A stretch of 64,000 nt of DNA from Cyanidioschyzon merolae (lineage: Eukaryota). Shown here one piece after another: positions 21,665-31,050 of the stretch (positions are counted from its first letter, which is position 1; the number at the start of each line of letters is the position of its first letter). The position numbers and the translations under genes were made by a program. The DNA lies in the NCBI GenBank assembly GCA_000091205.1, contig AP006500.2. One strand, given 5' to 3'. Below the pieces are notes generated by a model that was not told the DNA's origin, did not search any database, and saw only the letters and a list, made by a program, of their open reading frames with translations.

Positions 21665-23575
21665 ATGAACGGTACACGAGTCTTCCAACGGGAACATCTG
21701 CGAAGTAGCACGGAGCAAATAGCATCCGCTGTAGGTCCGCCTGGCGGGATACCGGCGAACGCCCGGCGACTCCAGACGCTCAGGTTGCAACGCGTCGCGG
21801 CAACCGCTCCTGGTGCGGAGCCAGACACAGGCGAGCGCCGACAATTATTCGCCCAGTTCATGGCTACCAGTGTGCTGTGCGGATTTCGTTCAAGGGTGCT
21901 GCGATCACCGGGCACCTCGGTGACGAGACACGGCAGCAGCGCCGAGCCGGCTTTCCTCCTGGCTCGCCATGCGGCTTTTCTAGGAGCGCAGGCAGTCACA
22001 AGACGTGCGAACACTTGCGAGCGCGATAGGGATAGCCTGCAGCCTCTCCCCGGAAGGTATCTGCAAGGAAGTAAACGTACTTGCGTCCGCCGGCGTTGCG
22101 GACGGGAACGATTGCCGCCCCCGTGCCACTGTCAGTCGGCAGCTTTCGATGACGCACAGGCGCCCGGCGGTGAGTCGTGGCGCCCGCAACGCCCGCGTCG
22201 CGATGAACCAAAACAGCAGCAGCAGTCTGCGCATGAGACGACTGCGCGAGAAAACAAACCCCGCGCTTCGGAACGGATACCTCCTACGGAATCTCCGCCT
22301 CCAGATAAGGCGCGTCTAGACAGAGCCCATAACAACGAGTCGTCCCGTCACGCAGGCGATGGCAATGAACATGGTATTGTGGACACCGTCCCGTATGGCT
22401 GTCGATCCAGCCTACCAGAACGCCGTCCAGACCGGGAAGCAGCGCCTGATGATGCGGCCATTCAGGACAACACGAACGGCACCGAGGATACCGTTGTGGA
22501 GGATGCGTCCTCGGTGGACGCGGTTGGACAAGCGAAATCCCACGTATCGCCGTCTATCCGCGAGTCGCACCGCGCCCTCATCACTAGCCCCCAACGTGCC
22601 GCCATGTCCCTGGTGAGCGGTTTCGCCACAGCCTTGGCTTATGTGACAAGTCGCGTTGTCGATCGAGCGCTGGGACCAGGCACCGCAGCGTCCGTGCAGA
22701 GCTTTCTTTCGCATGATCCGTCGCGGCTGCATCCCGAGCTCGCAGACCCTAGTGCTGCGTACGAGATCGAGTTCGAGGATGTGTGCAAATCATTCGAAGC
22801 GCGGCCGGTTCTCAAGGGCCTCAACCTTCGGATTCGTCGAGGAGAAGCTGTGGGCATCATGGGGCGCTCAGGGTGTGGAAAATCCACAACACTGCGACTC
22901 ATTGCGGGCTTTGAATTACCGGATTCTGGGAGCGTTCGCATCCGCGGATGGACGCGAGACGAGCCCATCCAATATGAGCTGGGACCAATCAAAATCGGTA
23001 TGGTGTTCCAACATGCTGCACTCTTCGATTCGCTCACCGTCTTTGAGAATGTAGCGTTCGAATTGGAACATAACACCGACCTTGAGGACGATGAAATTGA
23101 AAAGGCTGTCGATATCATCCTCAGTCGCCTAGGTCTGCGGGATACCCGCGATCTTCTACCAAACCAGCTGAGTGGCGGCATGCGGAAACGCGTAAGCCTT
23201 GCTCGGAGCCTGGTCTCGGATTTAGGTAAGGGTGCCAAACCTTTACCCGACGTACTGCTGTATGATGAACCCACTGCCGGCCTCGATCCAATTGCATGTA
23301 CTCGAATCGAGAATCTGATTCGAGAGGTCCGCGAAACCGTTCCGACGTGTATAGTTGTTTCGCATCAGCTCTCAACCATTCAGCGCACCGTTGATCGAGT
23401 GGTGCTTCTGCACGGCGGCCGTATTCGCTGGGACGGACCGGTGTCGGACCTGGGGCACACCGACAACCCGTTCGTTCGCCAGCTACTCTCTGGCGACGAA
23501 AACGGCCCCATGAGTGGACCCGAATTCGACCCGGACTCATCGCTCTATGTACCCGAAGACATACAGGACGCCTGA
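21665..23575 (+). CDS. TGD3: TGD3/MlaF-family ABC transporter ATP-binding protein (plastid lipid-trafficking ATPase orthologue) with long N-terminal extension
   Basis: The C-terminal 300 aa align closely with Arabidopsis TGD3 as I recall it (from memory, not searched). GMVFQHAALFDSLTVFENVAF matches GLVFQSAALFDSLSVRENVGF. DVLLYDEPTAGLDPIACT matches EVLLYDEPTAGLDPIAST. VVSHQLSTIQRTVDRVVLLHGGRIRWDG matches VVTHQHSTIQRAVDRLLFLYEGKIVWQG. Walker A GRSGCGKST and the signature LSGGMRKRVSLARSL are present. The N-terminal extension of about 330 aa is low-complexity. Confidence 0.8.
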   Translation: MNGTRVFQREHLRSSTEQIASAVGPPGGIPANARRLQTLRLQRVAATAPGAEPDTGERRQLFAQFMATSVLCGFRSRVLRSPGTSVTRHGSSAEPAFLLARHAAFLGAQAVTRRANTCERDRDSLQPLPGRYLQGSKRTCVRRRCGRERLPPPCHCQSAAFDDAQAPGGESWRPQRPRRDEPKQQQQSAHETTARENKPRASERIPPTESPPPDKARLDRAHNNESSRHAGDGNEHGIVDTVPYGCRSSLPERRPDREAAPDDAAIQDNTNGTEDTVVEDASSVDAVGQAKSHVSPSIRESHRALITSPQRAAMSLVSGFATALAYVTSRVVDRALGPGTAASVQSFLSHDPSRLHPELADPSAAYEIEFEDVCKSFEARPVLKGLNLRIRRGEAVGIMGRSGCGKSTTLRLIAGFELPDSGSVRIRGWTRDEPIQYELGPIKIGMVFQHAALFDSLTVFENVAFELEHNTDLEDDEIEKAVDIILSRLGLRDTRDLLPNQLSGGMRKRVSLARSLVSDLGKGAKPLPDVLLYDEPTAGLDPIACTRIENLIREVRETVPTCIVVSHQLSTIQRTVDRVVLLHGGRIRWDGPVSDLGHTDNPFVRQLLSGDENGPMSGPEFDPDSSLYVPEDIQDA

Positions 23576-23988
23576 GACCCGAATCCGCCCAGGGATGTTG
23601 CAGTGCGCGTCAACAAACCGCCAATGTTCATGAGGAATCGATCTGCATGTCGCGTGCTGCCTCGTGGAGCATACCAGCGTTGCCACCGCACGCAATTTGT
23701 TGGCGTCCTGACATGCACTGGGACGCATCCAGCATCAAAACGTCGTTCTGGACGATTCTTGAGGCGGTACCCTCGCGAATACCATCCTCAGACAAGCTCC
23801 ATCGCTAGCGTCTCTGTGCCTCGGGAGACGCGTCCACGAAACGATCCCGCTGCGCTGCAGCGATTCTGATGCTGTGGTACGAACGATGTCGGATGCAGCT
23901 TGTCGATATGCATCGCGCATCATCGCGGGTGCCCTGATTCACGTCGACGAGCGTAGAGTGTCCGCACAAGGTGATATCCGATGCTGCT

Positions 23989-25593
23989 CTACCGCGGCGG
24001 CAGGTACTCGATAGCGCGCGTAGGTAAAGCGAAATCCGCCAATTCGCTTTTCACGATGCGATTCAGTTCGATGAGTACCTGTTGTTGAATTTCGAGAAAC
24101 CTCCGTCCGTCCGTCACATTCACAATGCAACTTAACTGAATCGGCAACGAGTACTCCGCAAATTCCGTGAAGAATACCGAGATGGACTCTCGGTAGGCCG
24201 CGATCTCCGGAACCTCCGCCAGCATTTCCCGCACCCGCTCCACGATCCTACCGATTTTGTCGATATCCTGGTACCGGAGTCCGAAGCGAAGATTGATCCT
24301 TCGATTTGTTATTCGAGAGTTATTGGTGAGACGTTCGTTCAAGAGCTGCGCGTTTGGAATCCAGATCGGTCGCCCGTCTGCACCGATGAGCTCGGTTTTA
24401 TAGAAACCGATCTGGCGCACTTGCCCCGATACACCGAGCGTATTCAACTGGACGGATTCACCGGGTGCAAACGGCGCCCCCAGGGCAAGCATGATGCCGC
24501 TGATAAAGTTCTTGGCAAGTTCCTGTGTGGCCAAGCCGACGGCCAAGCCTCCGATACCACCAAACGCTAAGATGGAGCGCAGTGGCAGACCGGTGGTTTC
24601 AACGAAAACCAGGAACGCAACAGCGTAAATGAGAACCGTTCCGAGCCTTCCCAGCACAAATATCTGAGACAACGACAGGTCCTCGCGTTCATACAAGAAC
24701 CAGTTGTAGAACGTGTCGAGCACGAAAGCAAAGTACCCAATCGTAGCGAGACGGGAGATAACGTACGGCAGTTTAGGCCAGATGGTGATTCCCAGTCGTG
24801 CACCCAGCACGAGCCCAAACTGACAGGCCATGACCCCCAGCCGCAGTGTTAGGAAAAGTCCCACAGCCCGCTCCGTAGACTCTATCCAGCGCACAAGCCC
24901 GTGTTCGTCAGCGGGAATAAGTTTTCTCGTTAACCACTTGTCCGGCAAACGAGCACCGGCTGGTTGAAGAACGCTTCGCGCTAAGATGCGGACCATGCGA
25001 CGATACGCAACCAACAAAATAAGAATGACGAGCAGGTCAGACAGTGTAAACGCCGCCACGAGCCTTGATTTGCCCCCCAGCGAAACTGGTGTTTCGAGGA
25101 TGCTCCCAATATCCAGGTTGTGAACGTGCGTCGAAAGGTGCGCTTGCCACAGGCTCGACAGTGCCTGCCGCTGGTGCTGCCCTGCGTGCGCCAGCAGCAG
25201 TCTACCGACGCCACGCGGCAACACAGACACCGCCGGGAGCGCTCGTTTTTTCCATCGACACAGCTTCAGTCGTGCATCTCGAGAAAAGATCCTATGCGTA
25301 TGATATCCTACACCAGAGAAGGGGTTCCCCTGCAGCGGTACGAATGAGAGCGTTTGCGTCGCTAGCTTCTCCATAGGCGTACCAGAAGCGATCGAGCAGC
25401 AATGCTTGCTTCGTTTACGCGTCGATCCACCTCGCATAGGTACAAATATTGGAGGCGCGGCGTCCTGGCGCGCGATCCGTGATGCCGCGCTGGATCCGTT
25501 TGGCGCGCGACGTGCAAGGCTTCCATGAAACAGAACAGAACTACACATTTCTTTCCTATCTTCGATCGCAGCCGCCGCAGATCGCTTGCTCAC
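23989..25593 (-). CDS. MscS-like mechanosensitive ion channel (MSL family) with N-terminal extension
   Basis: 534-aa ORF. Pore-lining TM3-like segment ILAFGGIGGLAVGLATQELAKNFISGIMLALGAPFAPGESVQL. Beta-domain block GVSGQVRQIGFYKTELIGADGRPIWIPNAQLLNERLTNNSR. Multiple upstream TM helices. The N-terminal region of about 150 aa is Arg/Ser-rich and presequence-like. Confidence 0.75.
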   Translation of the reverse strand: MSKRSAAAAIEDRKEMCSSVLFHGSLARRAPNGSSAASRIARQDAAPPIFVPMRGGSTRKRSKHCCSIASGTPMEKLATQTLSFVPLQGNPFSGVGYHTHRIFSRDARLKLCRWKKRALPAVSVLPRGVGRLLLAHAGQHQRQALSSLWQAHLSTHVHNLDIGSILETPVSLGGKSRLVAAFTLSDLLVILILLVAYRRMVRILARSVLQPAGARLPDKWLTRKLIPADEHGLVRWIESTERAVGLFLTLRLGVMACQFGLVLGARLGITIWPKLPYVISRLATIGYFAFVLDTFYNWFLYEREDLSLSQIFVLGRLGTVLIYAVAFLVFVETTGLPLRSILAFGGIGGLAVGLATQELAKNFISGIMLALGAPFAPGESVQLNTLGVSGQVRQIGFYKTELIGADGRPIWIPNAQLLNERLTNNSRITNRRINLRFGLRYQDIDKIGRIVERVREMLAEVPEIAAYRESISVFFTEFAEYSLPIQLSCIVNVTDGRRFLEIQQQVLIELNRIVKSELADFALPTRAIEYLPPR

Positions 25594-25878
25594 CTAATCG
25601 ATGGATCGATGCATGGATCGATGAACGTAGCGTGGCCGTCACGCGACACACCACGTGTCGCAGCGCGCCGCGCTTCACCGCGATCTGCAGCCACGCGAGC
25701 GCACCGAGCGCTGGGCGCCGCACGAACGCACGCACGCGATCGACGTTCGCGCGAATCACGCATTCGCCGGTGTTCCGTACGTGCGCTGTTACGAACACCA
25801 CCAACACCAACACCAACACCAACACCACAACCTTCATCGTCATCGTCTTAAACTCTGATAGCGGTTCGATCACGAGTC

Positions 25879-26547
25879 ATGTCAGCGGCGTCAAAGAAAA
25901 AGTATTTTGAAGATATTGCGGGGGGTTCCACGAAACCGACGGACGTGCTCGAAAGTGGTCCGACGGCGCCGAGTGCCGGCAGCGATCGGAAGCTGGCAAC
26001 TGTCGCTGCAAAGGAGACTGATCGTCAGTTTTCCGCTGCAAGCAGTCCGATGGAGACTACAAAACCAGCGCAGCCAGCGGCATCGGCAGTGAGCGCACGT
26101 GAAGCCACGACGAACGGCCTGTCGAACGCGAAGACGGTTGGCGCGGCTGCGGACACGGATCGCCCAACGCAGACGGCAGCGGCAGCAGCACCGACTACAA
26201 CCGCCAAGCAGGCTGCCCAGCCTACGAGGCCGTCGGCTCCGACTGCTGTCGAGAACGCCGCCGCGCAAACGAAACCGGAGAAAGAGGCCAAGCCCGCTGC
26301 TGCGTCGACCAAGCCCGAGTCGTCGTCGTCGTCGTCGAAGCGGCTCCTTACCATTGGAGAGAAAGCCTACGAGTTGTGGCAGAGTGGAAACAGCCAGGAC
26401 TCGGAAAAGAACTGGAACGACGCGATCTATCAGCTAGCATGCCAGCGGGCGCACGAGATCTGGTTGGAAACGGGATGTGAGGACTCGGAAGCCAACTTCC
26501 ACAAGGCACGCGAGGAAGTGATCGCCAACGGCGGTTTGTACGTCTAG
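25879..26547 (+). CDS. Ala/Thr/Pro-rich low-complexity protein with two C-terminal DUF2934-like motifs
   Basis: 222-aa ORF. The C-terminus KAYELWQSGNSQDSEKNWNDAIYQLA and RAHEIWLETGCEDSEANFHKAREEV each resemble the bacterial DUF2934 consensus (AYxLWExxGxPxGxDxxDWxxAE). This is a weak by-eye assignment. Confidence 0.45.
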   Translation: MSAASKKKYFEDIAGGSTKPTDVLESGPTAPSAGSDRKLATVAAKETDRQFSAASSPMETTKPAQPAASAVSAREATTNGLSNAKTVGAAADTDRPTQTAAAAAPTTTAKQAAQPTRPSAPTAVENAAAQTKPEKEAKPAAASTKPESSSSSSKRLLTIGEKAYELWQSGNSQDSEKNWNDAIYQLACQRAHEIWLETGCEDSEANFHKAREEVIANGGLYV

Positions 26548-26840
26548 GCACGGGTCCGTGCGGAATCGTCCGGATGCCAGCCACCGGTTCGATCAAGGGA
26601 TTGGCGTGTGTGCGCAAGGCAAGACATGTACGATATGCAGGTTAGTGCTTCTGGGAGAGTTTACCACACACACACACACAGATCTGTATTATATACAAAA
26701 GTAAACGCACGTGTGTTGAACACCATTCTTTTCGCCGTGGGAACCTGGATGGCATCTCCGATGATGATGCGCACCGCTAGCGCCACGAGTCGATCGCTCT
26801 TCGCAGCAGTTCGTCTGGTGCGCATGCGCACGCGCGCAGG

Positions 26841-29800
26841 CTAGCCTTGCCCGCGGTCCGGCGCCCGTCGCTGTCCACGGTGACCGGTGGCATCCGTGGT
26901 CGACGACGTGGCATCGATTGAGGTAACAGGCACCAGGCCGGCAACCTGTGCAACCGAACTCGAATGCCGTTTCAGTGCCGGCATCTGTCCGTACATGGCC
27001 TGTACCAGATCATGCACATCCAGGGGCGGCGACGGCGACGGCGACGGCGACGATCGTGCTGACGGCGATGTCGGCAATGGTGATGGTGAACGTGTGGATT
27101 TCGCATCCACCACCTTGTCGTAGTCGTAGGAAAAGGAATCTGCACGAGTGATTCGCTCGCTCCCGGTCAACCGAGGATCATCGTGTGCGTGTGTCCATGA
27201 CGCGTCTCTGGTCAGCTCTGGAGCACACTCGTCGGTTCGTGAAGATTTCCCAACGAACGATTTCATGAACGACTCATCTACGGTTACAACATGCAAGCCG
27301 CTGAGCGGAACCTCGCTCGCCGGTTCCGAGGTTGCCCTCCGCGACGGACCTGCAGCAGGCATATCATTCGTTATCGCCGAGTCGCTGCTCGTCGCCGGTT
27401 GCAGCGCCGAACTTTCATACACTGGCGTCTGCAAACAAGCACCTTCATCGAGAATGGCGCCTGCGGATTGAGCCGGGCGATAGAGCACAGAGGCGCCCTC
27501 CAAAAACGATGCCGCATGACACGTGTCTACTTCAGAGGCGTGCACGCATCGCGTCTGATCCGTGCTGAGATTTTCCCGCGCATCCGACGGTGGCGTTTCC
27601 ATAACAACGACAACAGGCACGCCAGCGGCATTGGGTACACTGCTTGCCGGTCGCAGGGGTGGTGCAGTTGGCGCAACGCTGCTGCGTAGCACTTGGGCAA
27701 CACAATCTGGGGTGCCCAGAGGCGCACCAGGAGGCAAGCCCTGTGCGGCTTCGCGCCTGTCGTTGCCCGCTCGCTCACTGGGCTTCGGTGCCGTATGCAC
27801 CGCTCTAGTGTCGCTGTTCGAAATCTCTGTGATCGTCGATAATCCCGAAATCGTCTGTGCGGGTGTTCTCTCAACAGGCGGAGACGCAGACGAACGAAGA
27901 GCCGTTGGCGCCGGCGCTCCAGGTACACTGACGAGATTGGGGCTCGCCTCCGACTCGGGCGGCTCTTGAAGACGCTCCAGCGGGGTGGTAACGACTCGAA
28001 TCGTGGGTATGCTGGAGACCGTCTCGACGGGCAGTGGCTTGGTTCGCGGTAATCCGGCGGTCGCTGTCGGTTGCAGATGAAGATCGAGTTGTCGATCAAT
28101 CGCCTGTGCAATGTTCTCAGCTTGGGCTTCGTCGAGGTTCAGTTCTTCGACCATCTCGCGAGCGACCTGCTCCGCTGACTCCCGATACGGGTCCATGGCG
28201 AAGGTGATGCGCTTCACCGCGCCAGACACTGGAATTCGCACTGAAAGCACCAAAATCCCCGAGTATACAAGTTTCCTGTCATTGACGCCGGAACGATTCG
28301 TAGCGTCGACCGAGGTGACATCTACGCTCAGGGCGTGTTGCGAATCCGGTACAGCGCTGGTGTCTGTCCCGCTGATACTACCCGATTCCGCCGGAAGGAT
28401 ACTTCGGAAGGACTCATCCGCTCGGCCGATAACACGCACAATGGGACGCGTTGGCGGTGCTGCGGCCGCCTCGTCGATATCCACGCCCTCAAAGATGCGT
28501 CTGCGTCCCGGGCCTTGATGTAACGCACCCGCGGCCGCGTCTGCTTGCTGGACACCAAGGAGACCGCAGATAGCGTCCTTCGTGCGTTCTTCTCCCGCGA
28601 CCGCACTCGAGTCCTTCGCATTCGGGGACTGGTCGTGTAAAGCCGAAATCGTCGGCGATGCATTGTGCGACGCACGACCAGCGATGATGTAGTTCACCGT
28701 AATATTGCCAGCCGATGTTGCTTTCCCAGTAGCTGGGTGTTCCACGATGCTATGCGCCTCGGCATCAGGTGTCGTTTGGTCGCCGTTGCGTGCCCGGGCT
28801 CGCGACGGTGCATGCTCCATAGACAGTCGCGACACTGTGGTCGATGATGGCGAGGGTGACAGGTTCGATGTCAACGACTGCTTGGCAGCGTTCGTGTCAC
28901 CGTCGGGAAATTGCGTCATCGACCGCGGAACTTCCAGCGACGAGCGCGAGCGCCCGCTGTTTGGCGAGACCATCAAGTCTACGTTCGAGAGTGAACCATC
29001 GTCGCTTTCCCAGTCGGCGAAGAGCGGGTGATTGAGCAGCTGCAATGCTGTCGGGCGCTGCGACTCGGACGCCAAACACTGGAGGATGACGCGCTTCAGA
29101 TCGCACTCGACCATCCGGCTGAGCGCTTCCGGAAGCACCCCGTTGAGAACCTTCTTGAAGATCTGGCCCGCATTTTCGCATTCTGCGTACGGATACTCTG
29201 TGCTGACCATTTCGAGCATGCACATGCCAAAGGCATAGATGTCAATTTTTTCACTGTAATTCTCATCGTACAGTTCGGGCGCCATAAATTCGGGTGTCCC
29301 AATGACCGTGTACCCGCATTTGCTCGCGCGATCCTTCACCGAACTCAAACCAAGATCCCCGATCTTCACCTCGCCAATGTTTCCGTTGATGAAAATATTG
29401 TCGCATTTGAGGTCACGGTGCATAATCGGTGGCGTACACGAGTGGAGATAATGGATCGCTTCGAGGACGTTGCGGCACCACTTGCGAATAACCTTGACCT
29501 TGATCATTTTCACCTTCGCAATATACTGTTTCAAGGTCCCACTCGTCATTAGTTCCGTGATAAAATGCGCTCCTCGGACCCGGCCGCGCTCGTCGCGAAC
29601 CTCCCAACCTGCAAACAAATTGATAATATTCGGATGCTGAATAGAGCGCAGGATATTCACTTCATTCATCACTCGCTCTGTGTCCTGATTCGTCAGTCTC
29701 TGAATATTCAACTTATTCCAGGCCACCTCTATCCCGTTATCTGTATCGAAACCCTTGTACACGGTTTTATAGGCACCGGTTCCGAGAACTTCGGGAAACC

Positions 29801-30224
29801 TGAGGAATCGGCCATCAGGAGAGCGCTCCTCGAAACAGTCATCGTTGTCTTCCGTGCTGGGGCTCTGAGCGCTAGGCGCAGTCACTATGCCAGCCGGAGC
29901 ACTGGCAGCTTCACCACTGCGATGCATACCGCCGGCTGCGGCACCAGAAATCATAGCCCCAGCGCCCGGCTGTCCACCGTTCACTGGACTCAACACAGGC
30001 GGCGCCGACTGCTCCTGTGTGACAGTTGTTTCGGAGCACACACCAAGCAGAACTGGCGCCGCCTCCGTTGAATCAAAACACGCTGCGGCACTGGGCACCG
30101 CCGCACCGGCATCAGCTGGAACCGCGCGCCTAGCCGGCATCACAGGGTCCCACAGCTCCGCCCGCCTAGACACGAACGGCCCATTCACTGAAGAAGGTTC
30201 GCCCTGCTCGTCGTCTCCCATCAT
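26841..30224 (-). CDS. WNK: WNK (With-No-Lysine) serine/threonine protein kinase with autoinhibitory CCT-like domain and long disordered C-terminal tail
   Basis: 1127-aa ORF. The kinase domain shows the WNK hallmarks. The catalytic Lys sits in the glycine loop (GTGAYKTVYKG). The subdomain VI-VII block CTPPIMHRDLKCDNIFINGNIGEVKIGDLGLS matches WNK1 PPIIHRDLKCDNIFITG...VKIGDLGLA. Downstream, KRITFAMDPYRESAEQVAREMVEELNLDEAQAENIAQAIDRQL matches the WNK autoinhibitory/PF2 domain (nt about 28085..28275). Confidence 0.85.
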   Translation of the reverse strand: MMGDDEQGEPSSVNGPFVSRRAELWDPVMPARRAVPADAGAAVPSAAACFDSTEAAPVLLGVCSETTVTQEQSAPPVLSPVNGGQPGAGAMISGAAAGGMHRSGEAASAPAGIVTAPSAQSPSTEDNDDCFEERSPDGRFLRFPEVLGTGAYKTVYKGFDTDNGIEVAWNKLNIQRLTNQDTERVMNEVNILRSIQHPNIINLFAGWEVRDERGRVRGAHFITELMTSGTLKQYIAKVKMIKVKVIRKWCRNVLEAIHYLHSCTPPIMHRDLKCDNIFINGNIGEVKIGDLGLSSVKDRASKCGYTVIGTPEFMAPELYDENYSEKIDIYAFGMCMLEMVSTEYPYAECENAGQIFKKVLNGVLPEALSRMVECDLKRVILQCLASESQRPTALQLLNHPLFADWESDDGSLSNVDLMVSPNSGRSRSSLEVPRSMTQFPDGDTNAAKQSLTSNLSPSPSSTTVSRLSMEHAPSRARARNGDQTTPDAEAHSIVEHPATGKATSAGNITVNYIIAGRASHNASPTISALHDQSPNAKDSSAVAGEERTKDAICGLLGVQQADAAAGALHQGPGRRRIFEGVDIDEAAAAPPTRPIVRVIGRADESFRSILPAESGSISGTDTSAVPDSQHALSVDVTSVDATNRSGVNDRKLVYSGILVLSVRIPVSGAVKRITFAMDPYRESAEQVAREMVEELNLDEAQAENIAQAIDRQLDLHLQPTATAGLPRTKPLPVETVSSIPTIRVVTTPLERLQEPPESEASPNLVSVPGAPAPTALRSSASPPVERTPAQTISGLSTITEISNSDTRAVHTAPKPSERAGNDRREAAQGLPPGAPLGTPDCVAQVLRSSVAPTAPPLRPASSVPNAAGVPVVVVMETPPSDARENLSTDQTRCVHASEVDTCHAASFLEGASVLYRPAQSAGAILDEGACLQTPVYESSALQPATSSDSAITNDMPAAGPSRRATSEPASEVPLSGLHVVTVDESFMKSFVGKSSRTDECAPELTRDASWTHAHDDPRLTGSERITRADSFSYDYDKVVDAKSTRSPSPLPTSPSARSSPSPSPSPPLDVHDLVQAMYGQMPALKRHSSSVAQVAGLVPVTSIDATSSTTDATGHRGQRRAPDRGQG

Positions 30225-30620
30225 GCGAAGCAGCTCAATACGCTAACCCTATGCCGGGAACGACGCGATGGGAGAAGGCTTGCGCCAGAAACGCACGTCC
30301 AGTGTGTGTGTGTATGCGAGACAGAGAGCGCCTACGCGAGTCCCGTGCGCGCACCGTTTGCAGCAATGCGCGCGCGCCGTTTGACGCCCCCCAGCGCGCC
30401 TGGACGCGCACCGCACCGAGGCGCTGGCCCCGCGCACCGGTGCCGTTTGATGGCGCGCCTGGACGCGCGAAGCGGCGCCTTCGGTACATCGCGCGGCGCT
30501 CGAGCGCGCGCCGGCACGCATCGATCCACGAAAGGTGCCCGCGACGTCGCGATGGCAGCTGCACGCACAGCATGTGACGTGACAACACGTTTCGGGGACA
30601 CGCTGCGGCGTGTTGCGTCG

Positions 30621-30659
30621 AATTACGTTGCGCGCTGGTAACTAGCGCGCAACGTAATT
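30621..30659. repeat. Perfect inverted repeat (16-bp stem, 7-nt loop) aattacgttgcgcgct-ggtaact-agcgcgcaacgtaatt
   Basis: Read directly: 30621..30636 is the exact reverse complement of 30644..30659. Confidence 0.9.
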
Positions 30660-30864
30660 GTATTCCGTGGCCGGGAGCGTGTCGTCGAATGCTGTTTCGC
30701 GGTTGATGGCAGGGGCGTTGACGTGCGTTCATTTGAATGAACGAAAAAAATCCAAAGGAAATGCATGGAGATAAAGGTCGGGGATTCCAGAGGGCTGGCA
30801 TCTCTGGGTACCGTGAAAGGACTGAAAATTCTCTTCTCGTTGACTATCGGGCGTAGGAGAGCAA

Positions 30865-31050
30865 GTGACGAAATGGAAGAAGAGAAGATATCATCGAGAC
30901 AAGGCGTTTGTCCTACGGGACGATGACGGGACTATAGTGGGACGGAGGATGCGAGCTCTAGGAATCCTGGCAATCATGCGTTTCACTGGAGGCAATAAAC
31001 GCAAGGAAACCGTGAACCGGGACTTCAACGCCGCCATCAATACCAGATGA
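30865..31050 (+). pseudogene. Short ORF ending in a TnpB/Fanzor-like RuvC-III motif (NRDFNAAIN); possible remnant of an IS605-TnpB/Fanzor-type nuclease gene
   Basis: 61-aa ORF (GTG start) ending ...GGNKRKETVNRDFNAAINTR*. The TnpB/Cas12/Fanzor RuvC-III consensus is D-R/A-D-x-N-A-A-x-N-I near the C-terminus. No zinc-finger cysteines are present and there is no upstream reading frame (in-frame stop at 30841..30843). If real, this is a degraded fragment. Confidence 0.2.
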
